The position numbers and the translations under genes were made by a program. Shown one piece after another: positions 21,132-31,351 of a DNA stretch of 64,000 nt (the stretch's first letter is position 1; every line of letters starts with the position of its first letter). The stretch is from Candidatus Latescibacterota bacterium (GTDB lineage: Bacteria; Latescibacterota; UBA2968; UBA8231). The DNA lies in assembly GCA_965206595.1 (NCBI GenBank), contig OZ242214.1:1216001-1280000 (forward strand), given 5' to 3'. A model generated the notes under the pieces. The model saw nothing but the letters and a program-made list of their open reading frames with translations, was not told where the DNA came from and did not search any database.

Positions 21132-21351
21132 TCAACTATGGTCCCAATCAATATTCAGATCGATGAGTAGATTTGACCAACATGGAAGCTCAGACCGTTC
21201 GGATTACCGATCTGAACGACCATTCTTCATCTGCACAGATCGTGTTGACATGGTTCTGACGGCGCCATAGTATGCCGAGCGGATACGGATAGCTCGCTGA
21301 GAGACTGTGCTCGTGAGCTCCTCGTGCATTTCAAGCGAGCGGAGGGAAACC

Positions 21352-23946
21352 ATGGCAGACACCCTGAGAAGCGTCAACACATTGTTGAGAAGACCACCGT
21401 CGAGGTTTGCAACAGCACTGATGCCGCTCGCTGTCGTCGGTGTATTGGTACTGTCTCCCCTTGTCACGCCAGCCGCCGCTCGAACGGAGGCATTTGAAGT
21501 CGGTGATGCCAACAAAGACCAGCTGCCAACCGGCAAGGAGGCTGACGGCATACTCGGCGACTTCGTGATGCGGAACGACCTGATCGAAGCGACTATCTCA
21601 GGCGATCTGCCAAGACGCAAGGCAAATATAGGCGCGTTTTGGGCTGCCATCACACCAGGCTGCGTGTATGATCTCTCCGTACGAGGTTCCAGAAACGACC
21701 AACTCACCCTGTTCTCCCCGTCTTTCCAGCAAGGGGATGTCAATTATGTCCGAATCCTGGATGATGGGAAGTCTGGCAAAGCAAGCATTGAGACGGTCGT
21801 ATCTGCGGCCAGGAACAGTGGTCTCTACAAGCGCCATCTCTATCACCTCCAGGATGGCTGGCGAGGCCTTCTAATCGAGACGACCCTGCGCAACGAAGCC
21901 GATTCGACCCACCGAGTCGGCACGGAGGACCGGCTCGAAGATTTTCAGGCCGATGACCGCAACGTGGGTGAAAATACTGTCATCTACATTACTGATCCGG
22001 CGGACAAGGCGGGGTACGCATTCGGTTGGGTCGCTGAAGCGCCGGTCGATACACTGGAGCTGCTGCCCGGTCAGGAGGTCACCTACAAGCGTTTTCTGGC
22101 CGTCGGCACATCTCCCGCAGAGGCATACGGACTGGTGGTCCAGCGCCAGGGCGAATTCGGCACTGTTTCGGGTGTGATTGTCGGACCCAGCGGGAAAGGC
22201 GTACCGACGGCACACATCGAGATAACAAGCGACGACGACACACTGGCAGCCTATCCCGATGCTGACGGCAGGTTCAATTTTGCACTGCGACCGGGATCAT
22301 ACGATTTCCTAGTGACGGACGTGGGACGAGCGGAGGTACGTCAATCGTTGGCGCTAATCTCCGGTGAGGTCCGATCGCTGAGTTTTGAGATGGACCGGGC
22401 CTCCACCGTCGTCCTAGACATTCGCGATGAGGACGGCAGGAGCATCCCCTGTAAGGTCCAATTCATTGGCATTGAGGGCAACGAGTCACCCGATCTGGGA
22501 CCCAGCACAAGGGCGCACGGGTGTCTCGACCAGTATCACTCGGAGACTGGTCGGTTCGAAGTGCAGGTTCCGCCGGGAGATTACCGCGTCCTGGTAACCC
22601 GCGGCATCGAGTTCGGCCATCTCGAGAAGGAGATACAACTGCGTCCGGGTCGCACCGAGAAAATTCGGGGTTTACTCCGCCGGCTCGTGGACACAGAAGG
22701 TTGGGTCAGTACCGACTTCCACAACCACTCGACGCCCAGCGGCGACAATGTGACCAACTCCCGCGACCGCGTAATCAACCTGGCGGCAGAGCACATAGAA
22801 TTCGCGCCAACAACCGAGCACAATCGGCTCTACGATTGGCAGCCGTTCATAGACGAGCTGGGTCTGGCGGACGAGATTGTGACGATCCCTGGCCTCGAGA
22901 TGACCTTGGCGGGTGCTCACCTCAACGCCTTCCCATTTGTACCGGACCCGTACGCTCAGGATGGGGGAGCTCCGGAATGGCAGTTTGATCCTCGGATCAA
23001 CGCCATCGTGCTGCGCGATTTTCAGCGTTCGTGGGAAGACCTCATGCCGGAGCGATGGGTCCACCTCAACCACCCGAACATGTCGTTGGATTTTGTCGAC
23101 CGGGATAAGGACGGTCGAGAAGATGGCGGCTACCGCGGGTTGGCTGTATTGATTGACGGGGCCGAGGTGTGCGGCAATTGGGAGGTGTGGGGTGAGGACA
23201 TACTGGCTCGTTCACCGTGGCGAGTCGTGACTCGAGACGAGGAGGAGGAAGTGCGGCATCGTCGCGAGTTCATCTGGCTGCAATTGCTCAATCGCGGTCA
23301 TCGTTATACCGCCATCGCAGTATCCGACGCACATACGATCCACGGTAACGGCGTCGGCGGCTGGAGAACATACATTACTAGCAGCAGCGATCGACCGGCC
23401 GATATCGACTGGAAAGAGGTCGTAGGCAATGCCAAAGCCGGTCAGGCTCTGATCACCAACGGTCCCTTCCTCAGGGTCGAGACGGTCGACGGTACGTTGC
23501 CGGGAGGCAGTGCGCGAGCGCAGGGATCAATCGCACTGCGTATCGAGGTACAGTGCACTGACTGGATCGACATCGACCGCGTCCAGATCCTCGTCAACGG
23601 CCGGCAGCACCCAGATCTCAACTTCACGAAGGAATCTCATCGCGACTGGTTCAGCGATGGCGTGGTGAAATTCAACCGAGTCATCGACGTACCCCTAAGT
23701 CAAGACAGTCATATAATCATTGTCGCTACGGGCGAAAACTCGGATCTGTCGGTTGGGTACGGCAGCAGTTGGCAGGCACGGATGAAGCCGGTGGCCTACA
23801 CGAATCCGATCTGGGTCGATGTGGACGGAGGCGGATTCGTGCCTAACGGGGATGATCTCGGTTGGGACTTGCCAGTAATGGAGAAGACGGTGGAGGAAGT
23901 ACGCAAGATGCTTGAAGCCGCCGGGCTGGACGATTCTGGCGTCTAG
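21352..23946 (+). CDS. CehA/McbA-like PHP-domain metallohydrolase with carboxypeptidase-regulatory-like domains, secreted
   Basis: DFHNHSTPSGD, TEHN, GLE, HLN, LNHP, VSDAH, YTNPIWVDVDG. RBS ggaggg. Confidence 0.82.
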   Translation: MADTLRSVNTLLRRPPSRFATALMPLAVVGVLVLSPLVTPAAARTEAFEVGDANKDQLPTGKEADGILGDFVMRNDLIEATISGDLPRRKANIGAFWAAITPGCVYDLSVRGSRNDQLTLFSPSFQQGDVNYVRILDDGKSGKASIETVVSAARNSGLYKRHLYHLQDGWRGLLIETTLRNEADSTHRVGTEDRLEDFQADDRNVGENTVIYITDPADKAGYAFGWVAEAPVDTLELLPGQEVTYKRFLAVGTSPAEAYGLVVQRQGEFGTVSGVIVGPSGKGVPTAHIEITSDDDTLAAYPDADGRFNFALRPGSYDFLVTDVGRAEVRQSLALISGEVRSLSFEMDRASTVVLDIRDEDGRSIPCKVQFIGIEGNESPDLGPSTRAHGCLDQYHSETGRFEVQVPPGDYRVLVTRGIEFGHLEKEIQLRPGRTEKIRGLLRRLVDTEGWVSTDFHNHSTPSGDNVTNSRDRVINLAAEHIEFAPTTEHNRLYDWQPFIDELGLADEIVTIPGLEMTLAGAHLNAFPFVPDPYAQDGGAPEWQFDPRINAIVLRDFQRSWEDLMPERWVHLNHPNMSLDFVDRDKDGREDGGYRGLAVLIDGAEVCGNWEVWGEDILARSPWRVVTRDEEEEVRHRREFIWLQLLNRGHRYTAIAVSDAHTIHGNGVGGWRTYITSSSDRPADIDWKEVVGNAKAGQALITNGPFLRVETVDGTLPGGSARAQGSIALRIEVQCTDWIDIDRVQILVNGRQHPDLNFTKESHRDWFSDGVVKFNRVIDVPLSQDSHIIIVATGENSDLSVGYGSSWQARMKPVAYTNPIWVDVDGGGFVPNGDDLGWDLPVMEKTVEEVRKMLEAAGLDDSGV

Positions 23947-24137
23947 CAGGCAACGCGCGCAATCACCGCGGATACTGACGAGGGTGTCGTCAGATTCGGT
24001 AAACGACAGCCCTATCGAAGCTTTCTCTGAGTCTCATGACTCAGGGAGTTGGTCAAACTTCACGAGTTCTTGGTAGTAGAGATATCCAACGTCCCTGCGC
24101 ATCAAACCGTGCAACTGGCGCCATCCTGGAGGATCGC

Positions 24138-26075
24138 ATGGAGAGAATCACCGCCACGGTACCCGTCATCACCCCGCCCTCATGGGCTGTCCAGCAGCGT
24201 CTCCTGCTGCAGACCGTGGAAAGATCGGCCCTTCCCTTCTGGGATCGGTACGTGCGCGACGACGGCGAGCTATACTGGGACGAGAGTTTCGGCGGCGTCA
24301 GCCCCGACGATTATGGTTTCGGCGGCAGCAGCCCCGACGATTTCTACGAGGCGTTCGACAGCTGGCCCCTCGTCTACCTGATGGGGGGTGGCGACCATCT
24401 GCTGGAGATGGCGCATCTCGGCTGGGAAGGCGTGACGCGACTGCTCACCCGCTGCGGTGCGGTGCACAAGGAGTACGCCCGGTGCGAAGACCAGTTCCAC
24501 CAGTCGGAGAGCGACATCTTCTTCTACCACCTGTGCATGGCCGATCCGGCCAATGCCAGCCTCGCCATACGGGCGCGACGCTTCGCCGGATTCTACCTGA
24601 ACGAGGATCCCGAAGCGATCAACTACGATCGCGAGCACCGGATCATCCTGTCGCCGTTCAACGGCTCGGGTGGCGCTCGCCAGACACCGACTGACGCGCA
24701 GCCGCACCCGTTTCGCGCGCGCGAGAACTACGGTCTGCCCACGTACGAACTACCCGACATCCAGAGCTGGAAGGACACGCAGGACGACGAAAAGGCGAGG
24801 CGTGTGGGCGAAGTCATGCACGGACGCTGGTACAGAGGGGACGTGGCCGCCAACCTCGCGATCTCGAGTCTGGTCACGAACGCCTTCCTGCTCACCGGCG
24901 AGGAGAAGTATCGCGACTGGGTTGTCGAGTACACCGACGCATGGATCGAGCGGGCGCGGGCCAACGACGGGTTGATCCCGGACAACGTCGGTCACTCCGG
25001 GGAGGTGGGGGAATACATCGACGGCAAGTGGCACGGCGGATTCTACGGCTGGACGCTCTATCACGGCTGGTACAACCTGCAGATGACGGTGACCGTCGCA
25101 GCCGCCAACGCCTATCTGCTGACGCGGGACAACCGCTACCTGGAATTTCCGCGGCGTCAGATGGACCGGATACTCGAGCTGGGGCAGATTCGCGATGTCC
25201 GGCGCGAGCACATGAGTCTGAGGCACCACTGGATCGGCCAGTTCACGGCCATGGGCGATCGGACGGAGACCTTGCTGGTGCCGTACCGTTACGGCGACGC
25301 CGGTTGGTTCGACTGGCAGCCCCCTTCACCCGTCTTCCTCGCAGCGCTTTGGAACCTGTCGATGGCTGACGAGGATTGGCAGCGCATCGAGCGCGTGCGC
25401 GAAGCCGAGGCCTACGACTGGAATGCCGTAATCTCCTACCGTACCAAGGAGGATTCCGGTCACGAGCAACCCTGGCTGCGTTTCCTGGCCGGCGCCAACC
25501 CGGACTATCCCGAATGCATCCTGCAGGCCAGCTACCAGCAGGTGGCCTGGCGCCTCGCCCTCGTTCGGGCCGAGACCGAAGTCGGCACCCATCACGACGT
25601 CCACCGCTGGCAAGACACGGACCCGGTTTCGTCCGAGGCCCTCATCCAGCTGACCCTCGGCGCCCCGCAGCCGATCTACAACGGCGGCCTCCTCCACTGC
25701 CGGTTGCGCTACTTCGACTGTGGGGCCAAACGCCCGGGGCTACCCAAGGATGTCGCCGCCCTGGTCGAAAAGGTGGAGGCCGGCCGCACCGTGGTCCGCC
25801 TCGTCAATCTCAACCCGCAATGGGACCGCGAGCTGATCGTGCAGGCCGGCGGCTACGGAGAGCACCGGTTCACGGACGCGGAGTACGACGCGATGACGAG
25901 CCCCTATCCGGGGCCCGCCAATCGCTATGCGCCCGAACCGATCACGACCGCAAAGCGCAGGGCCGCCGTGAACGGCAAGCATCTGCAGGTGGCGCTGCCG
26001 GCCGGGACAGAGATGATCCTTGAGCTGGGTACGCAGCGCTACGTGAACGAACCTGCCAGCGCCGGCCCTTTCTGA
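24138..26075 (+). CDS. Conserved hypothetical protein, 645 aa (copy 2)
   Basis: RBS ggagg. Near-identical to 6783-8720. Confidence 0.78.
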   Translation: MERITATVPVITPPSWAVQQRLLLQTVERSALPFWDRYVRDDGELYWDESFGGVSPDDYGFGGSSPDDFYEAFDSWPLVYLMGGGDHLLEMAHLGWEGVTRLLTRCGAVHKEYARCEDQFHQSESDIFFYHLCMADPANASLAIRARRFAGFYLNEDPEAINYDREHRIILSPFNGSGGARQTPTDAQPHPFRARENYGLPTYELPDIQSWKDTQDDEKARRVGEVMHGRWYRGDVAANLAISSLVTNAFLLTGEEKYRDWVVEYTDAWIERARANDGLIPDNVGHSGEVGEYIDGKWHGGFYGWTLYHGWYNLQMTVTVAAANAYLLTRDNRYLEFPRRQMDRILELGQIRDVRREHMSLRHHWIGQFTAMGDRTETLLVPYRYGDAGWFDWQPPSPVFLAALWNLSMADEDWQRIERVREAEAYDWNAVISYRTKEDSGHEQPWLRFLAGANPDYPECILQASYQQVAWRLALVRAETEVGTHHDVHRWQDTDPVSSEALIQLTLGAPQPIYNGGLLHCRLRYFDCGAKRPGLPKDVAALVEKVEAGRTVVRLVNLNPQWDRELIVQAGGYGEHRFTDAEYDAMTSPYPGPANRYAPEPITTAKRRAAVNGKHLQVALPAGTEMILELGTQRYVNEPASAGPF

Positions 26076-26085
26076 CTCGCGCCCG

Positions 26086-26370
26086 CTACTTCCTCTTCTC
26101 AACCAGCTCGATCTCGTAGTTGTCGGGGTCGGTGACGAAGGCCATCCGTCGCCCGTCCTTGAACTTCTCTCGCCAGCCGTCGGGCCAGATCTCCAGACCC
26201 TCTTTCTCCAACCGGTCGCAATACGCGATCAGGTCGTCGACGCCGATGCAGGTGTGGATGAGGTCTTCCGGCACTTCCGGTTTGTAGTCGGACTCGGCGA
26301 ACTCCAGCGCGAAATCGTTGCCGGGCAGTTCGAGAAAGGCCAGGCGGTTGCCGGCCGGAGACGACGTCGA
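26086..26370 (-). pseudogene. VOC/glyoxalase family protein, N-terminus missing
   Basis: HTCIGVDDL...MAFVTDPDNYEIELV. Confidence 0.7.
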
Positions 26371-26371
26371 G

Positions 26372-26685
26372 CCCTTCGGTATCAGCGAGTCAGCGAACCG
26401 ATCGCTCCGGAGAGCTTCCAGCCTCACAGTCTGCTGAACACTTGGGAGAATATCTACGCCGATTGGTCGTCGGAGGAGCTGCAGTACTACTGGAAGAAGT
26501 GAGACCTCGAAGTCGCGGAATACGACAGCAGCTACTACGACAGGCGCGATGAACTAGCTTTCGAGATGGCGGGAGAGGGGGATGAAACGGCGCGATCGGC
26601 TCTACAGCGCGTCGTGGCGCGGAGCGAGGACGCGGGGAAGCGGAAACGGGCGGAAGAGCTGCTGGCGAAGCTCGACTCAGCGTGA
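26372..26685 (+). pseudogene. PhyH-like dioxygenase C-terminal fragment with internal stop
   Basis: LRYQRVSEPI...TWENIYADW...QYYWKK*DLEVAEYD...ARSALQRVVAR continues in frame across the TGA at 26500-26502. Confidence 0.5.
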
Positions 26686-26694
26686 GTGGGCGAT

Positions 26695-27260
26695 GGGCTC
26701 ATGACCTTCCACGATCCCTCAGGAACCTCGATGCGGAGGATGTCGTGCTGGTGAGGAGAGAGGACGCGGATAGAAACCGGATCGATCGTATCGCCGCCGT
26801 CGACGCGACCGAGAACGGTGCAGACGTGCCGATCGAGGAGGGCTCGACCCGTGTTGGGGCGCTAGAAGCCGTCGTGCGGCCCTTCGACGACGTGTTCCCA
26901 CAGACGGATGCACCGGCCTGCGAAATCGGGGTTCTCCGCCACGACGGCCCCACAAGCGGAGCCTGACGGGTAGGATCCTTCGTCGTAGAGGATAACTTTC
27001 ATGTCGAGAGAAGCGGCTTCCTCTACGACGCGGCGGACGAGTCGGAAGTACTCGTCGGTGAGGTAGCCCACGCGGCGGGAGAGGCCGATTCGCGCGTGGG
27101 GCATGACGCCGCCGAACCCCGCTTCGTGAAACGCACGGAGCTGGCGAATCAGCTCATTTTCTTCAAGGTCGTCGTTCCAGAACCAGAAGGGGATGATGCC
27201 GAACTCGCGCGGCGGATCGAGGAAGGTTTTAAAGGCTTCGTCGAGACTCATGGAACCCAT
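26695..27260 (-). pseudogene. Glycoside hydrolase (GH106 alpha-L-rhamnosidase-like) N-terminal fragment
   Basis: PFWFWND, GFGGVMPHARIG, ILYDEGSYPSGSACG. In-frame TAG at 26862, then truncation. Confidence 0.75.
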
Positions 27261-27346
27261 TCAACGCAGAGGACGCGGAGAGCGCAGAGGGTAGGCAGGG
27301 GGTGCGCCCACCTGGACTTGGCGGTTCGAGTAGTGGGGTGGTTGCG

Positions 27347-28768
27347 TCATTCGGACGTGGCCCAGCGTTGGCGGAGGGCGTCGCCCCACTCGATCACTCT
27401 GTCACGAGGACTGCCGTCACGAAGCGGTTGCCGAACCAGTCTGCTTTCGTGTTCGAGAAGTTTCGCTCGACACGATGCAACGGCGTCCGCAAACTCGGGT
27501 TCCGAGGCGATGTTCTTCGTCTCCCACGGGTCGTTGTCGAGATCGAACAGCTGCTCCAGGCCGAGGGCGTCGGGGTCCGGTCCTGGAGGGATGAAGTCCT
27601 CGGGTTCCTTCGGCCTGTACTCGGTGACGTACTTGAACCGCCCGGTGATGATCGCACGGCCCCAGTAGTTGCTCTCCACGTAGGCATAGTCGGGCCAGTC
27701 TGAGGCACCCCTCTCGAGGAGGGGACGCAGGCTTCTGCCTTGCACATCGTCAGGCGCGTCGACAGCTGCGTAGTCGAGGACGGTTGGGAGGAGGTCGACG
27801 CCCGACACGAAGTGCTCCCGGTCGAATCGCCCGCTTCCCACGTCCAGACGATCGCCAAGGGTTGCGACGATGGTGGGCACGCGGATGCTCTCTTCGTAAA
27901 GCGCGAACTTCTGGAATGTCCGGTGCTGTCCGTTAGCTTCGCCGTGGTCGGCCATGAAGATGATCAGCGTGTTGTCCCGGAAGGAACTCTTTTCCAGGGC
28001 ATTGAGGATCAGGCCGATCTGCTGATCCGCCATTTCTGTGAATCGGGCGTGGTTCCACGCCAGAAAGCGCCATTGCTGGTCTGTCCAGTCAGCGATTCCG
28101 TTGAGGATCCGATGATGGATGAGCGGCTGTTGGCCGCGGCGGAAAACCTGTTGGACGACCGTCTCTCGTTCGTCGTAATCGAAGTTATCGGGCAGGGGCG
28201 GGAGGTCGTTTTCGGAGAAACCCTGCTCTTCGGGTCCGGGGATCGTCTTGACTTCGTGATTGTGCTCGTACTCGCAGATGTCGTGGGGGTTGACGAGGCC
28301 GATCTGAAGGTAGAACGGGTTCTCTGAGTCCCGCCGGTCGAGGAAGTCGATCAGCGCGTGGGTGGAGACGCGATCGTAGTACTCTCCGCCCCCGGCAGCG
28401 ATGTCCCACTTGCCCGTGTAGAGGTTCTGGAAGCTGTCCCGCATGGGTCGCCCGCCGATGTGCCACTTCCCGCAATGAACGGCGTCGTAGTCGCTTCGGT
28501 TTAAGACCTGGCCGAGGTCGGGGATGTCCTCGTGCATCAGGCCGCTGTTGAAGCAGACACCGTTCTCGGACGTGTAGCGTCCCGTCATCCAGCTGGCGCG
28601 AGAGGCCGAGCAGACTGGATCGGCACAGTAGCTACGCATGAAGCTGGTCCCGTTCCGGTGCAGGCGATCCATGTGAGGCGTTCGGACGTGAGGATGCCCG
28701 TAGGCCGATACGACGTTCCACGTCTGTTGATCGGTGTTGATAAAGAGAATATTCGGCCGGTCCATCAC
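27347..28768 (-). CDS. Formylglycine-dependent sulfatase
   Basis: PNILFINTDQ, CSASRASWMTG (CxAxR), GKWH, ADHG, YEESIRVP, LFDLDNDPWE. Confidence 0.92.
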   Translation of the reverse strand: MMDRPNILFINTDQQTWNVVSAYGHPHVRTPHMDRLHRNGTSFMRSYCADPVCSASRASWMTGRYTSENGVCFNSGLMHEDIPDLGQVLNRSDYDAVHCGKWHIGGRPMRDSFQNLYTGKWDIAAGGGEYYDRVSTHALIDFLDRRDSENPFYLQIGLVNPHDICEYEHNHEVKTIPGPEEQGFSENDLPPLPDNFDYDERETVVQQVFRRGQQPLIHHRILNGIADWTDQQWRFLAWNHARFTEMADQQIGLILNALEKSSFRDNTLIIFMADHGEANGQHRTFQKFALYEESIRVPTIVATLGDRLDVGSGRFDREHFVSGVDLLPTVLDYAAVDAPDDVQGRSLRPLLERGASDWPDYAYVESNYWGRAIITGRFKYVTEYRPKEPEDFIPPGPDPDALGLEQLFDLDNDPWETKNIASEPEFADAVASCRAKLLEHESRLVRQPLRDGSPRDRVIEWGDALRQRWATSE

Positions 28769-29514
28769 GCCCCTCGCTCGCAGAGGACGTAGGTGGAGAA
28801 CATCGTGGAGACGAGGGCGACGTCACCGGACTCGGTCACCCACCAGTAGGAGGGTGGGAGCCCCTCACCGGAGAGCACGTATCCAGTCAACACGTGCGAT
28901 TCGAACGTCCACGTTTCGAGGGGGTGGATTCGACAGCCGAGCTTGAGCGTTTCGAGGTCTTCGAGAACGGAGAGTCCGCCGACTCTTTCGGTCATTGCAG
29001 GGAGGATGTCGACAAGTGCCCAGATGGTCGTAACGGGGGAGTGGGGCGGCACCTCACCTGCGCCGAACGAGCGTCCTCGTTGGGTTGTGAGTGAAATCGT
29101 CGATTCCTCGAGCGATCCCCGCCAGTCGACTTCGTTGTAGATACCATCGGCGCTGTTGTGTGCCTGGATGCGCCAGGGGCTGCGGAGCGGTCGTAGTGGT
29201 TCGTCTCCGCAAGTGAAGTCGAGGATGAGGCGCTCGCCGCTCGGGGTGTTTTCGTGCGTGACGTGGTAGCGCCAGTCGGCTTCCGTTCGTGTTCGCTCGA
29301 TGACGAGCGAGCCGATGCCAAAATCCGGGCTGTGGCCCCGGTTGAATCCACACCAGAAATTGGGCAGGATGGTGTAGCGATGCGTCTTCGACGTCGCGTC
29401 CGGATCGACGGGTGTGGAGGAGAGGGCCTGGGCCAAAGGTTGAGCGAGCTCAGACCGGACGCCCCAGTGATCCGTCTGGTCGGTGTAATCAACGCTCCAG
29501 TGCAGGTCGTTCAT
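28765..29514 (-). CDS. Hypothetical protein
   Basis: 249-aa ORF whose stop codon overlaps the sulfatase start. Confidence 0.6.
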   Translation of the reverse strand: MNDLHWSVDYTDQTDHWGVRSELAQPLAQALSSTPVDPDATSKTHRYTILPNFWCGFNRGHSPDFGIGSLVIERTRTEADWRYHVTHENTPSGERLILDFTCGDEPLRPLRSPWRIQAHNSADGIYNEVDWRGSLEESTISLTTQRGRSFGAGEVPPHSPVTTIWALVDILPAMTERVGGLSVLEDLETLKLGCRIHPLETWTFESHVLTGYVLSGEGLPPSYWWVTESGDVALVSTMFSTYVLCERGA

Positions 29515-29638
29515 CAGGAAGGCAGGGCTCAGAGTTCAGAGTTCAGGAAGACCTGTACACCATCAGATTGATAAGGCGCGAGATTGGACCCAATGGTGCG
29601 CTCAGGACGGTGAAGAATACGTAGGCTGGTAGGACCGT

Positions 29639-29896
29639 TCACAAGGGTTCGAGCTCGCCCAGCATGGTGGGGACGAGCTCGGATACTGTCGGGTGGATGT
29701 GCATGGCCCGCTGGATGACCGTGTACGGCGCCTTCGCGTACATGACGTCGAGGAGCGCGTGAACGACTTCGTCTCCGTTGATACCCAGGATGGCCGCGCC
29801 CAGGATCTCCTCGGAGTCGGCGTCGACGAACACCTTCATGAAGCCGTCGGTTTCGCTTCGCTCCTTGGCGCGTCCCACATCGGCCATCATCCGTTT
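29639..29896 (-). pseudogene. Pyridine nucleotide-disulfide oxidoreductase (mercuric reductase-like) C-terminal dimerisation fragment
   Basis: VGRAKERSETDGFMKVFVDA...ILGAAILG...HIHPTVSE. Begins at the oriIS end of the 209-bp repeat. Confidence 0.8.
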
Positions 29897-29918
29897 GAAG
29901 TATAGACAAGCGGTAACA

Positions 29919-29924
29919 TGTAAA
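29919..29924 (-). promoter_or_regulatory. -35 hexamer (TTTACA) of the IS110 circle-junction promoter
   Basis: Joining the two ends at the CT core gives TTTACA-N17-TATAAT. Confidence 0.75.
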
Positions 29925-30388
29925 TCCCGATCGCGGGCAAATATCTGTTCTCCGTTTAGTTGAGGATAGGGGTGTAGGGACGATTGTTTTTAAGGACGCT
30001 GAAGACAACGTGGAGCATCTTGTTGGCGACGTGGGTGAGGGCGACGAGGTGATGCTTGCCGCGGTCGATTTGCCGTTGATAGACCTGGACAAACAGCGGA
30101 TCATGGCTTTTGAAGACGGCGATCTCCGAGGCCTGCATGACGGCGGTGCGCAGATAGCGACTGCCGCGCTTGGACATCCTGCCGCAGCCGACCTGATCGC
30201 CGCTGTCGATCTGCTTGACGTCGATACCGGCGGGGGACTGTCCCGTTTCGGTGAGCCGTTGACGCAGCAGTTCAACCCCTTCGCGAGAGTGCTGCACGGC
30301 GAGATTTCGGAAGACGGTCTGCCCGTCCTGACCCAACAACGTGGCGCGATGACTTCGTTTCGCCACATCGATACCGAGAGTCCACATT

Positions 30389-30667
30389 CGGCGAGCTCCT
30401 TGGCCAAGAGACCGAAGCTGCCCACGATCGGGGTAACATCAGCTGACACATCCTCGTAGCCAGATCAGGGAACCGATGTCCCGTCAAGCGGTAAGTGCAT
30501 GTGCTGGCGCGTATGGCGGTCTATACGAGAGGATCGAGCCTCGAGGAACGAATAGCCAACCCCAGCAGCTTCGCTGATCCAGGATACCTCACTGGCATCA
30601 AAAAGCAAGCACAGGAAGTACGCAGCTGGTCGCTGTCTCGCGGGGCCAGACCCAGCTGAAGTGGCCT
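30389..30667 (-). ncRNA. Putative IS110 bridge RNA (copy B)
   Basis: Target-binding loop at about 30514-30558 and donor-binding loop at about 30437-30509, with guides matching the flank and the end junction. Confidence 0.78.
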
Positions 30668-30673
30668 GCACCT

Positions 30674-30679
30674 ATTATA
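30674..30679 (-). promoter_or_regulatory. -10 hexamer (TATAAT) of the IS110 circle-junction promoter
   Basis: Perfect TATAAT 2 nt inside the core. Conserved in copy A (10207-10212). Confidence 0.78.
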
Positions 30680-30683
30680 CGAG

Positions 30684-30886
30684 GAATTATGAAGGGCCTT
30701 TTTTATTGCATGGTCAAGTAGTGGCGGCACCTCTTCCGCCCTTTTTTCCGCCTAGTAGAACAAGTTCAGGTAGACTGCACACAGAGACACGGTCCTCGAG
30801 GACCTGCAGACCTTGATGGCCGCTAATGCGACACATAGACGACTTAAACCCTTCACAGCAGACTATTGTCGCAGCACGTCCGGGAA
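30684..30886 (-). mobile_element. 209-bp IS91-type MITE, copy interrupted by IS110
   Basis: Near-identical to 14574-14776. Its last bases (gtatag) lie on the far side of the IS110 at 29900-29905. Confidence 0.7.
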
Positions 30887-30959
30887 GCCCAGATATTACG
30901 CCACGGGCCACGGTATGGACTCAGGGTCGTGGTTACTGGCACCAAGAGTCTCTTCCAGA

Positions 30960-31242
30960 CCTTCGCGGACGCCCCTCGATCACCGACTCCCTGACGGTGA
31001 TGTCCAGGTCTCTCAAGGGGATGAATTTGCCTCGAATGGGAATGGCCATGACCCTTCTTCGAGTGGCCAATGGGACGACCTGCACTGTCTCGTCGGCCGG
31101 CATGCCCCCGGTGATGGTCTACCGATCTGAGGCCGGCGAAGTGGACGAGATCGAACTGTCCGGTTATCCACTTGGCGTGGAAGGTCGCCCCCAGGACGAC
31201 GACATCACGCTGGTCGTGCTGAAGGTGACTCCCGACTTGTGA
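30960..31242 (+). pseudogene. SpoIIE/PP2C-like phosphatase fragment
   Basis: SSAGMPPVMVYR...GYPLGV joined directly to QDDDITLVVLKV (internal deletion). Confidence 0.65.
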
Positions 31243-31351
31243 CTGTTCGGTTGTGCTCCCATCTTTGTCATAGACCATCGCCGAGAGAGCTCTCTGTTTG
31301 ACCTAATTCGCTATTAAACAGGTAGTCCCGCAGTATCGAGAGAGATCAGAA

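Larger units (their letters stand above)
29904..30683 (-). mobile_element. IS110-family element, copy B: both ends intact, internally deleted transposase (143-aa ORF 29956-30387)
   Basis: The core (AG on plus, CT on minus) is repeated at 29904-29905 and 30682-30683. The empty site aagtat-AG-gaattatg occurs at 14566-14581. The N-terminus GIDVAK is fused to the C-terminus SG...MSKRGSRYLR. Confidence 0.92.

Noticed and set aside
9721-26502. UGA recoded as Trp or Sec
   Set aside because: Many intact genes end in TGA, and a TAG case also occurs. Nonsense mutation is the simpler explanation.
30611-30622. Alternative left target guide (aggaagtac) in the IS110 B RNA
   Set aside because: It matches the flanks at 7/9, but it is not conserved in copy A and is not paired with a right guide across a hairpin. 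The 30544-30552 segment fits the architecture better.
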